Source: Girardia tigrina (taxonomy: Eukaryota). From it: a DNA stretch of 64,000 nucleotides. Made by a program: the position numbers and the translations under genes. The notes beneath the pieces were generated by a model, which was not told the origin of the DNA, did not search any database, and worked only from the letters and a program-made list of their open reading frames with translations. The stretch lies in NCBI GenBank assembly GCA_001938485.1, contig MQRK01217482.1, forward strand, positions 3,811-67,810, given 5' to 3'. How positions within the stretch are numbered: the stretch's first letter is position 1; each line of letters opens with the position of its first letter. This document shows positions 50,528-62,762 of the stretch, in pieces.

Positions 50528-51044
50528 TGTTAAGAACATTGAGACAATTTTCATTTGAATTTTTATTATTATCATATTTAGTCATTACAACTCTCGAAAG
50601 ATCGTTCACCATTTGCGATGGTAATAGGTTTTTTATTTCTGTTTTTAATCATGATTATTCTAAAATTTTTTCTAAATCTTTTTAAAATATTTAATTTCTA
50701 AAAATATTAATTAAAATTACTAATTTTAACCATTTCTTTATAAAAACTCAAAATAATAAAAAAATTATCAAATTGTTAAAAATTAATTTAATTTTATTTA
50801 TATCTATTAAAATATTTTTGATTTTAAAAAATATTAAACTTAATTTTATTTGTTAATTTATAAAATTATAAACTTATCAAATTATTATTTTAATTATGTT
50901 CGAATAGTCAATCACTTTAAATTTAAATAAAAAATACCAATTTTCATCTGGGTGAGAGAATCACCATTCTAAGTTCAACATACTCAAATCAAATTACAGC
51001 ATCAATACATTCACACATTCAAACAATTTAAAATATTTCTCACA
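50528..51044 (-). mobile_element. Solo LTR, TGTGAGG family (517 bp), perfect 5-bp TSD CTTTT
   Basis: CTTTT|TGTTAAGAAC...ATTTCTCACA|CTTTT; colinear with 10427-10955. Confidence 0.88.
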
Positions 51045-54000
51045 CTTTTAAAAAAATTTTTGTTTAACTAAATCGTTGCTAAACAACGTTGATTTGATTG
51101 CTTTCGTTATAAAAAATTGAGTAGAAAAATAAAGAATTTCAATTTTAAGCGTGATCTTTTGTTTTTTTGATAATGTCGGCTAAATTTGAAGACAAGTATT
51201 GAATTTTAAATTCTGTTTTTATGTGCTGTTAAAATACTTGTTTCGGACATCTGAGTGTGGTGATAAACATCCAATTCAATCTTCTACTAAAAAATCTAAT
51301 TTCTTCCTTAGAAAAAATCATAAATATCAACAAAAATATACAGCACTTCATTTTAAATAGTGTTACGGCCCATATAATGAAGGAAACACCAAAATGACCC
51401 TTTCACCCATTCGTTGTCCGGCGCGCACTAAAGTTAGTTAATGTGCGGGATAGTCAAACTCGACTATCCCCCGTTAGTTGTAAATGCGCGCCGAACCCAG
51501 AATAAGATGAAGAATCTTTCTAAAATAGAAAAAAATTTTTTTATATTTTTAATTAATTTAATTAATATAGACTTACATTTGACATTTGAAATCTGGATTT
51601 CAAATCCAGTCGACATTCCACACTGTTTATTCACGAACATCCTGCGTGAATAAACATGTGAACGACAAAACACAATTTTTTTTTTGAAAATTACCTTATG
51701 ATCCTGCGTGATCAAGAACATCCTGCATGGATGATCATCGAATTTTGGATCGGATATATGAAGCGTCGTTATATAAAAAACCGCGCGCGAAAAAATTAAC
51801 ATTAATAATTTAGATATTTAGTTAGTTATTTGTTTAATTTTTATAACACGCAAAAAACTTTGAACAATTTTATTTCCATACGTAAAAGATATTGTTATAT
51901 TGAATAATCGGTCAGCGAAAAAGAAATTGGTGGAAAGTATGCATTAATATTTTATTATGTTTAATTGATTTTTTTTATTCTGTTGTTGTGTTTCAATATT
52001 ATTGAGTTTTATAGAATTTTTTTTTATTTTTTTTACGTTATTACTACTCATAATTTGAATGGTTTTGAAGATTATACAATTATATACATATATTCTTACA
52101 GATGAAATATTTATATGTCCTAAATGATGATTGAAGATGATGGTGTCATAAGTAATGATAATGTTCCTGAAGGCCAATTCAAGGAGTGGTATCGTTACAG
52201 ATGAGAAAGTAGATGATAAACCAGATCTAGTTCCTCTAAGACAATGTTCTAACAATTATTTATTTATTGTGGTTTGTGATAACTTCAAGTATAGTAAAGA
52301 GCTAAAACACGTTACAACGTTCCAATACAGTAACAAAATTTTGGAGTTGAGGTTCTTTAATGGCTTTCGATTGTCTTCCACACAAACAATGATTTCGGCC
52401 TAAATAATGTTCGATAAAAAAGTCAAAATTGTGAAAGTCTCGTATTATTTCATTTTGTAAACAGGAAAACTAAAGCTTCAATTGTTAATGGCCAAAAAAA
52501 TTTTGATTTGTACAAACCAATTTATTATCGATTCTAAAGTCAACATCGTGTTGTTCAAAATACATATTTAAATTTAGAAAATCAATATTTGGAAAAATGT
52601 TATTTTTAAAATTTAAAATTATATTTTGTTACCTTTTGATAAAATATGTAATAATAAAGTCACAATCTTTATTTATATAAAAATTAGTCTTGCTAAATAG
52701 TAAAGAAAGAACNCAAAACATCCATCAGATCAGACGAAATTTCCTAATACAATATCAAAATCGTTCTCGAAGAATAGACCCCTCAGAAGACTAAATGAAC
52801 CAGATCAATTTATAATTTTAATTCAGTAATTTCTTTGCGAGCACCTTGGTAAGAGGATAGTAAATTGAAAACGCATTAAAATTGAGTACAGAATAAAATA
52901 TTGACCAAGAATATGATGAATTTNNNNNNNNNNNNNNNNNNNNNNNNNNNNNNNNNNNNNNNNNNNNNNNNNNNNNNNNNNNNNNNNNNACTGGTCGTCA
53001 TTTTCCTTCTTGAGACTCTCTTCGTTTCCTGTAGTTTCGAGTATTAGTGCGTTGACATGGATGTAGTCGTCGTATAAAATTATTACCATCCCCTCTAGAA
53101 GCTCAGTCACCAGTCGGGTCATCCTCGTTACTGGTTAAGAACCCGAAGGCGCTCTAATGTCTGCACAATTCGTTGATGTAGGCAAAGGAGTCGCGTCTGC
53201 TCCCGTTGAGATATAATTCACCTAGTTTGATAGAGTTGCCGTTGAACTCTACTGGAAAACGGATGGGGGCTCAGAGTCATCATTAATGTTGTTTTGAAGG
53301 GGAGCACGACAATAGAATATTCGGATTGAACATATTTAATGGAAATTTAACGAATATTCTCAACAATATCGATATCAATTTGATCAAATTGTTTCATAAA
53401 ACCAGAGATTTCGACAGCTTTTATTACAGTATAAATTTTTTCATCGGTCGGTTGAATAATCTTTATAAACATTCGCAAAATCTGAGTCGAACCGCGGGAT
53501 ATTCGCTGAAAGAAACGACAACGAAAATTATAAAAATAAAAACAACATTTATTAAAAATGTTTTTTTAAAGAAAAGATATTTTATTTATTTTGGTCTACC
53601 TTGAATAAAATTTCGTTTCTAATTGAAAATTTTGTGTCGAACATAAATTTGAAAAAAATTTTAATTAGATTATTTTGTTATTTTTTAAAGTTTAAAAAAT
53701 ATGAAACTTTTTCTTTTTGCGACACAAAGTAAACAGTTTGATTAATAAAATTTTTAAAATGTAAAATTTTTTAGCATAAATAAAAAGAATTTGATATTAT
53801 TTCAAAGAAGATTGATAATATTATATAAATATACTCACATTCATCTTTTTGAGTTTCGGTTTCGTGTCTTTGATTATTAAAAAACAATCTCAAAAACATT
53901 TTCATCTTTTATCTTTTATAAATAACGAATTCTAAGAATAATTTAAAAAAAATCTTAAAAATTACTTTTATTAATTATTAATGATGTAGCACATGGCTTT

Positions 54001-54059
54001 TATACTTATTTATAACCTTAAAATTTAGGTTTAATAAAGGTATATATTTATAAATATAT

Positions 54060-54900
54060 AGAGTTCAAACCAGCTAAACTATATGGACTTATTAAAAGAC
54101 ATTAAGCTGGTCATCCACTTCGCCCTGTATTATCAATGATTGAGATTGTACAGTACAATATCGCAAAGGTTCTTGATTACTTATTGAGTCCCTTGATTTC
54201 TAATGAATTTGAGATCAGGGATAGCTTTGAATTGAAATATTTTATTTTGGATAAGATACCTAAATGCGATTCTGAATGTATGGTCTCATTTGATGTTTCC
54301 AGTTTATTTACGAATGTGTCCATTGACGAAACCATTGATTTGTATGAAAAATTATGGGATGATAATTCTGACTCTGTGAATGAAGTAATGAACAAAGACG
54401 TAAATAAATTCTAAACTTTTCTGCCAAAAATGTACCATTTCTTTTTAATGATAAATAATACATTCAGAAAGATGGTATCGCAATGGTTCCCAACTAGCAC
54501 CAATATTGTCATCAATTTTTATGAAGTCTCTTGAGGATAAAATTAATGCATACCCTGGGGAAATCCATGTGCTCTACAAGAGATATATAGATGATATCTT
54601 TTTTATTTTTTAAAACAATCCCTTATAGAACCATTCTTAACATTCTTGAATGGTCTTCATCCTAATATTAAATTTACTACAGAATCGGAAGTTCATAACA
54701 AATTCCTTTACTTCACATTCTTGTCACCAGAATGAATTGGAATTATTAAACTAAATTATACAGAAAGACAACAGATACATGTCTCTACACAACATTAAAG
54801 AGCTTTAGTGAGGAAACTTATAGAGAGAGTATGATAAATGTCATGATTTACAGAGTTTTGAATTTTTCTTCCAATTTTGAAACCGAAACCCCATGGTTTG
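54060..54900 (+). mobile_element. Penelope-like element (PLE) reverse transcriptase fragment
   Basis: LYGL.K.H..GHPLRPVLS; SFDVSSLFTNV; QKDGIAM; RYIDDIF; HPNIKFTTESE; YRKTTDT. Confidence 0.88.
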
Positions 54901-54990
54901 AATATTCTTAGTGGACGCTTGAAGGGTAACATGTAAACACACAAAAAGATAGATCAAAACATTAAGGTCAAATTTTTAAAAAAAGAAGTA

Positions 54991-55435
54991 CAGTCAACCC
55001 TCATTAATCCGAAAAATTAAAAATCGAATTCCTTTCGGATTGTGAAATAATTCGGATAATGAGGGAATATAAAATCAATATTATTATTAAATAAATGATG
55101 ANNNNNNNNNNNNNNNNNNNNNNNNNNNNNNNNNNNNNNNNNNNNNNNNNNTATCAACCTTTTGAAAACATTTTTTGATGGTTTCTTCTTTTACGTCTTC
55201 CCAAGCTTCGTGGAGAATTATTATGGCTGTTTTAAGATTAACAATAAAATCTTTTGCTTGATCAATCGAACTCATATAATTGACAACTAGCTTTTTTCTG
55301 TAGTAATGCTTTAGATTTTTTATTATACCTGCATCCATGGGCTGAAGATGAGCGGTTGAGTTCTTTGGAAGCTTTATAACTTCGATATTCTTAAAAGATT
55401 TCTTCAAGTTATGACTTGGTGCGTTATCAAATTTA
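54991..55435 (-). mobile_element. Tigger/pogo DDE fragment with TIR
   Basis: DNAPSH...LPKNSTAHLQPMDAGII...AWEDVKEETIKKCF; TA|CAGTCAACCCTCATTAATCCG terminus at 54991. Confidence 0.85.
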
Positions 55436-55439
55436 ATTA

Positions 55440-55631
55440 ATATATCAAAATTTGATATTAAAATAAAAATTAAATATAACATTTGAAATATTTTTTAAAT
55501 ATTTATACTTTAAAATTAAATTTAATTAAATTTTCAAATAGTAGGAATCAAAAAAACACCAATCAACCATATTGGTAGGAGAGACAGAACATCAAAATAA
55601 AAACAACAAACATTTCAGAACATTCCTTACA
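55440..55631 (-). mobile_element. Partial LTR, TGTGAGG family
   Basis: rc TGTAAGGAATGTT...TCTCCTACC...GATTCCTACTA, shared with the 1297 and 24741 copies. Confidence 0.6.
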
Positions 55632-55739
55632 AACATGAAGGAAGCGACGTCAATGTTATTGTTTACCCCCGGGCGCTAAATTTATTTAATACGCCTTTTC
55701 AAGTCGGCACAGTAATTTTTGGAATCAATAAAATGACTG

Positions 55740-56110
55740 TAATTTTGATGCTGTTAGAAAGCATAACCTTTGAATTGTATTCCGGATTATCAAGCAATCA
55801 CTAAGAAAATTATGAAACAGTAAAGGCGGCTCTATTGAAGCATACAATCTGAATTCAGTGAATGCTTTCGAAGAATATTGGAATCGCTCTCTTTAGTCTG
55901 AGTTTTCTTCCTGCAGGTCTTTTTGACAATCCTTCCAGTTGATGTATCGAGGCACCTAGAAACAGAAATAGTGTGTAAAAAAATTCTGAAGCTGATTCAG
56001 ACTTTGCACCTACAGCTCAGTGTTAACATACCATGGACGGTAAATACAGTAACCAAGAAATACCTGGAGCGGAGAATTGCCAATTTGATCGAACATTTTT
56101 GCCAGTTTCA
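55740..56110 (+). mobile_element. Degenerate retrotransposon gag-like fragment
   Basis: LYSGLS...ENYETVKAALL..YNLNSVNAFEEY..R, a retrotransposon-gag-like helix pattern. Confidence 0.4.
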
Positions 56111-58029
56111 GAAATTCAAATAATTAAATAAATCATATTTTTAATTAACCAATTAAATAAAAGAAAATAAATTAAATTAAATAAAAATTAATAAATAATT
56201 TAAATAAATAATTAAGTCGAATAAAGTAAATTGATTTGAATGAAAAATAATTTTAATATGATGAATTATTATCACAGGAGAGAGAAATAATTTGAATTTG
56301 TTGGAGAAATTGATTAAGGATTGCATCATATCTTTGTCTCGATATTTGAATAATGTATAATTAATTGTGAGCCTCATTTTTTTATTTTTTTATTTATGAT
56401 TGAATGATTGCAAGTAAGTTGTTGTGATTATGTAATGTAATTGTATGTTTGGTGAATGTATGTTTGTGTATGTATGTGTGTTGGTGTGAGTGTCTGAATG
56501 CATGTGTGTTAAAGTCTGATATGTAAAAATGAACTGTGATTGGTTGAGTATGTGTGTTATTTTTTTGAAATGTGAGTTTTAATCACAATTTTTCAATTAT
56601 CAATTTAAGAGAATTTTGTAAAATAAAAAAAAAGTTTATCAAATAAAAGTTTCAAATAAAAGTTCTTGATTCGAATTTGAATAAAATAATTTTATGGTGA
56701 TTTAAATATATGGAAATAAATTGACAAAATAATGAAAATGTTGGAAAAACTCGGACGTGAAGTTAAAAGCCAATATAAAGATGAACAACTAAAAGTCATT
56801 TGTTCAACCAATTTAAAATTGGTGCCTGAATTCATCATAATATCGAAAAAGAGTGCGCTATCATTCGAAGTTTTCCAGGCAGATAAAGATGCGTGTCAAA
56901 TTTTTCTCGGTTGGGATATCGCCACATTTGAATTGCTTAAACGAGATGGGATTCCGCTGAATATTTTGTTCAATAAAATGAAAAGCACTTTTCAAACGAC
57001 ATGCACAATGAAAAGCAATTCTTCTCTTTCTAAATAATCGTGGAGATACGGCTTCCTGTCCAATACCATTGACATTAGTCGGCAAAAACAATGCAACAGA
57101 TACGGTGAAGGCAGTGGTTGTAAAAAGAGCAATCGAGGAGGTTACATTATTCAACAATGCAAGGCAGTAATATAGTGAAATAGGGACATATAGTGACCCC
57201 ACTGTTATTCGAACTAAATGATATTTAATTTGCGATGCAAGAGACTTTAATTGCTACATTGTGAAGGTTTCAGCAAGCCATAGCGTGTGACAATAGGTAG
57301 CTGAGGCACACATTAGGCACACATGCTCAATGAGGATGACAGAGCAGCATTAGATGTAATCAGACCTCAGAGAGTGTGTTTCCTAAAAGTTGTAGACAAT
57401 ACTCGGGTTTACTGTTGTGGAATATTTTGCTTGGATAAAAATCAAGGTGAGNGGGCAACGATTGCGATGTTGGACTTTTTGACATGGGATTTGAGTTGAG
57501 AAATTATTGTAGATCGATGAAATACCCATGCTGGACAATGCTCACGTTGGAACTAGGGGAATACAGCCGACTTTTGATGCATATCGATTTGGAACCTCCT
57601 TGGTAAAACAGTATGGTTTATGTGGACTGCGTAAGGCTATGATGGTCGTACCAGCGGTAGCACCTTTCATGCTATTGGAACCAAGAAAAATTGAATTCTC
57701 AAACTGATCTCATCAGTACCGGTTCAGATTGTGGACACTGAATTCATGGTAGAATTTGACAAACAATTCTGATCGGGGAATTGACATTGAAAGTAATGAG
57801 TCTACATTACTTTTAGTGCGAGATAGTTTGAAAAATAGACATCCGTAAAATTTCAGTAGAAGAACATCAACACGGACTGGAAGAACAGAAGAAGAGAGAT
57901 TACATGGTAAAGTTTGAGACCCTTCAAAAACGTACGCCTCCACTCATTACAGGTATCCAGGAAGTGATGATGACGAGTCTCAGTTCAAGATGAATCTGCT
58001 TCTGCATTTCCTGCATGTAGAAGTAAAAA

Positions 58030-58720
58030 TATTATAACCAATAATTATTCAGTACCAATGAAAATTTTCTTGCTTATGATTCAGATCCAAATGATACTTG
58101 TACAATTATTTTTGCCCCAAAAATGAACTTGCAAGTGCTGGCTCAATCATAACACTGGTATTATGATGGAACATTCAAGATTGGGCCCTGTCTATTTGAA
58201 CAGCTGTTTACTTTTCCCTGTGTAACATATTTAACTACGGTTTCCTTGTCTATGCTCTTCCTGCGGACAAAAAGAAAAATACTTATGCTCATCTATTAAA
58301 GAAGTTGAAGGATCTCGTAAGTCAAAGATATGTTATATAATTATTACAGATTGAGAACAAGCTATGGTTTGTGCCATCATCGAAGAATTTCAAAATGTAT
58401 TACATCGAGCCTTTTTCTTCCATTTGTGTCAAAGGATATATAGGAAGATACAAGAAAGTGTTTTAAAGGAAGAATATGATCAAGATGCAGATTTTGCATT
58501 CAAACTGCTCTATCTTCCTGCTTTTATCTTTACTCTATCACATTAAGTAATGCACTTATTTTGATGTTTTAAATTCTAGCAACCTATTGTCCCCTGAGTC
58601 ACAAATACTGGTGGATTACTTTGAAGGTCTGTGGACTGGAAGAGCGAATCGAATACAAAAGCGGCGATCTCCTACATTCGAGATCAGTATGTGGAACTCT
58701 ACCAAAAGTTGTTTGAGAAT
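58030..58720 (+). mobile_element. MULE transposase DDE fragment
   Basis: FLAYDS...WYYDGTFK.GP.LFEQLFT...LVYALPADK...FFHLCQRIYRKIQ...DYFEGLWTGR. Confidence 0.85.
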
Positions 58721-59221
58721 ATAAAAGGTTAAATTAAAAAAAATTTTAAAAGTTTGAGAAATTTTGTCTATTAGTTAGTCGAGTTTTTTTTTGTAAATGT
58801 AAATTATAAAATTTAGAAAAATCAAAATTAATTAAATTAAAAAACTTTTGAATTTAGAAATTTTATGTTTTTGGTTAATTTAGTTTTTCTTGTAATTATG
58901 AAAATGTAAAAAAAATTATTATTATGACGGTTAAGATTATTAAATTATGTCAAGAAAAATGTAAATTTTATGGATGTGTTTTAATAAATCAGTTTGTATA
59001 GAGATTTCAGAACTAATAAAAATTTATTGAGATATCGAATTCTTTCATATATTCATTAACTGAAATTGAGATGTCTAATTTAAAAGAACAGATAACTTTG
59101 CCATTTGACTATATTTTTAATTTTTAATTTTTTAATTTTTTTTTAATTTTAAGTTATGTATTCCTTCGAGGGATGCGTCGCTCAAGCCTGTCTGAAATGT
59201 AAAGGTTGTGTCGAGAATTTC

Positions 59222-59308
59222 AACTTGTGGCACTGTTATGTTTATGTTCTGTTGAACTTGCAGCATTGCTATGGATATGTTCTGTTGAACTTGCGGCATT
59301 GTTGGGCT
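59222..59308. repeat. 33-bp tandem repeat (~2.6 copies)
   Basis: AACTTGYRGCAYTGYTATGKWTATGTTCTGTTG units. Confidence 0.8.
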
Positions 59309-60206
59309 TCTATGACCCTGTGCGCTATGGGTATGTCTGAAATATATTTATATAAATTACCGTCATGTAGCCAACATTGATATATTATTTATCTATTAAT
59401 TATTTATCAATCATCATTACATTATCTACTGACTATCGTTGTAACATTTATTAATTATCGACAACAAATCTCTCTAACGCATATATACTATTTATTTATC
59501 AAAACAAAGTTTTTATCAATACCATCATTATTCAGTTTTATTTAGGTGAATTCGCGGTTCAATTCTCATCTAGATCCTCTGACTGCTTTACTGACTTAAT
59601 AATTTGTACAATTGAATTCATCGATGGGTTATCGCTCAAACACTCGACCATATCTAGCGCGATTGTTTCTGACGCATAACTTAATCGTACTGATCTCACG
59701 TCAGTAATTATTGGAATATTATTGCATTCTTCAACCTCGATCGGGTCAATCAGCTTAAGATTAATTCTGGGCATTTATGGTGAAAACAGCGGCGGAGACG
59801 ACTGCTTAACTGACTCTCCCTAGACTGTCAAAATAGGATAAAGTTAACGGTTAATTAAAATTAGTCTAAAATTTTGGGTTCGTCTTAATTAATTTTTATT
59901 CTTTTAAGATTTATAACTTTTCTCAAGGATCTCCTACACTCCGATGGGTCAACGTCACGAATGCGCTTCACGATGCCCTCACTGTGGAGGGGCGCTTGTT
60001 CGATTTCCACCATCGGGTATGTTTTTATTCAACTTTGTTTATTTTCTTCATGTTACATTTCTAGCTCTCGTACGTGTCTTCGAAGCTTTGCCGACCTACG
60101 GGGAGAATCAAGAACAGTTTCGGGACTCAGTTTCTTTTGTTCTGTTATGTATGCTTAAATACATATATTGTACACTATTGTTTTTCCTTTTTCTTTCTTT
60201 TTATTA

Positions 60207-62760
60207 CACTAAAACCTCGATTTGCGTTGTTTCGATTTGCGTCGTTTTCGAAGTTGCGTTGTTCTTGAAATTTCGTGATTTCAGAGTTGCGTCGTTACAA
60301 TTTCGATTTAGGTTGCGTAAATTTTATATGTACATATAAAGGGGATTTCGCATTTCGATTAGGGGATTTCCAGGTAAAATAATTTTGATTTTGATAATTA
60401 CATATAATTCATAGTAAGTTTTTCTAGGTTTTGTATATAATGGTACAATTTACATAATGGCCTTTCTCAAAAGTAAATTAAAAGTTTTGATTAAAAAAAA
60501 ATTTAGTTGTTAAAAAATTATATTAATTATTAAAAATTTAGTTCTTAAAGTGTTGGTTAAAAAAACAATAAGTGTTTGTAAAATATAAATTTAATGTGGT
60601 GTGTTTAATGTGGTAAAATATAAATTTAATGGTGGTTAAATAAATTAAAAGTGTTGTTTAAATAAATTAAAAGTGTTGTTAAATAAAAACTATAATGAGT
60701 CAAAAGCGCAAACAAATTAGTTTGGAACTGAAATTAGAAGTGTTAAAACGTTTTAAATCTGATGAAAAAGCTGTTGATATTGCCAGAAATCTGAGTTTAG
60801 CTCCTACAAAAGTGAGAACAATTTGTAATCGAGATGCTGAGCAAATAATAGAGTTTACTAAAACCAGTACACCATTACAATCAAAACAAACTAGTACCAA
60901 AGTAAGAAGTTCAATTATGGTAAAAATGGAGTCCCTACTTAGCATTTGGATAAAGAACCAAAATCAGCGCCGGATGCCACTCAGCAAAATGATTATACAG
61001 AACAAACCTTAAGTATTTTTAATGACATTAAAAAGAATTCGCCATCATCAAGCGGAAAAAATTTAGAAAAATTCAAAGCTAGTCAAGGTTGGTTCGAACA
61101 GTTTAAAAGTAGAGCAAAACTTCATATAATATTGTCTTGAAGGGAGAAGCTGCCAGTGCAGATATAGCAGCTGCAAATAAATTTAAAATAGAATTAAAAG
61201 CAATTATTGAAGAAGGTGGTTATTCTTCGAAGCAAATCCTGAATGTTGACGAAACTGGCCTTTATTGGAATCGACTACCAGGCAGAACTTTCATATCCAA
61301 AACTGAAAAATCTTGTCCTGGATATAAGGTTAGTAAAGATCGGCTAACACTTCTTCTAAAAGGAAATGCAGAAGGTGACTTCAAATTTAAACCCTTTCTG
61401 ATTCACCACTCTGAAAACCCAAGGGCTTTTAAACATGTGGATAAAAGTGCTCTTCCGCTTTATTGGCGTTCAAATAAGAAAGCATGGATGACTGCAGCAC
61501 TATTTAAAGATTGGGCAGAAAATTGCTGTGTTCCTGAGTTGAAAACTTATTGTCAAACTCAAAATATTGATTTTCAAATGTTGATATTGGTAGACAATGC
61601 TCTATCACATCCAATTTATCTCGACGAAATTTCAGCAAATGTGAAATTTATTTTTATGCCACCAAACACCACATCCATCATACAACCGATGGATCAAGGT
61701 GTGATATCAAATTTTNNNNNNNNNNNNNNNNNNNNNNNNNNNNNNNNNNNNNNNNNNNNNNNNNNNNNNNNNNNNNNNNNNNNNNNNNNNNNNNNNNNNN
61801 NNNNNNNNNNNNNNNNNNNNNNNNNNNNNNNNNNNNNNNNNNNNNNNNNNNNNNNNNNNNNNNNNNNNNNNNNNNNNNNNNNNNNNNNNNNNNNNNNNNN
61901 NNNNNNNNNNNNNNNNNNNNNNNNNNNNNNNNNNNNNNNNNNNNNNNNNNNNNNNNNNNNNNNNNNNNNNNNNNNNNNNNNNNNNNNNNNNNNNNNNNNN
62001 NNNNNNNNNNNNNNNNNNNNNNNNNNNNNNNNNNNNNNNNNNNNNNNNNNNNNNNNNNNNNNNNNNNNNNNNNNNNNNNNNNNNNNNNNNNNNNNNNNNN
62101 NNNNNNNNNNNNNNNNNNNNNNNNNNNNNNNNNNNNNNNNNNNNNNNNNNNNNNNNNNNNNNNNNNNNNNNNNNNNNNNNNNNNNNNNNNNNNNNNNNNN
62201 NNNNNNNNNNNNNNNNNNNNNNNNNNNNNNNNNNNNNNNNNNNNNNNNNNNNNNNNNNNNNNNNNNNNNNNNNNNNNNNNNNNNNNNNNNNNNNNNNNNN
62301 NNNNNNNNNNNNNNNNNNNNNNNNNNNNNNNNNNNNNNNNNNNNNNNNNNNNNNNNNNNNNNNNNNNNNNNNNNNNNNNNNNNNNNNNNNNNNNNNNNNN
62401 NNNNNNNNNNNNNNNNNNNNNNNNNNNNNNNNNNNTATCAAAAAAATACAACATATAAGTTACTGTGCAATGGATTTTTATTCTGTTTATTTAATGAAAT
62501 TTTATGTTATTTTATTTAATATTTAATGAATTTATGTGTTAAATTTTATTTTTTTATTTAATAAATTTATGTATTATATTTTATTTATGTTGGTTTATGT
62601 ATATTATGTACATACATAATAATTAAAATAAAAATAGTTTATAATGCAAGGAAATATTTTATTTAGTACTAATCAACAAAATAGTTATATAGGAAAAATG
62701 AATTTCGATTAGCGTCGTCATTTTCGGGCCCAATTAACGACGCAAATCGAGGTTTTAGTG
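60207..62760 (+). mobile_element. Full-length Tigger/pogo DNA transposon (spans N gap)
   Basis: 25-bp TIRs CACTAAAACCTCGATTTGCGTYGTT with TA TSDs (60205-06, 62761-62) and subterminal TTTCGATTTGCG-like repeats. Confidence 0.93.
60695..61715 (+). pseudogene. Tigger transposase (CENP-B-type HTH + DDE_1), frameshifted
   Basis: KRKQISLELKLEV (psq HTH), FKASQGWFEQFK, GEAASAD, NVDETGLYW, SKDRLT, DNALSHP, PPNTTSIIQPMDQGVI; runs into the gap at 61716-62435. Confidence 0.92.
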
Positions 62761-62762
62761 TA

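Noticed and set aside
61678-62519. Long ORFs in the track (also 45098-45553, 45257-45451, 52823-53122)
   Set aside because: Their length is an artefact of N gaps translated as X.
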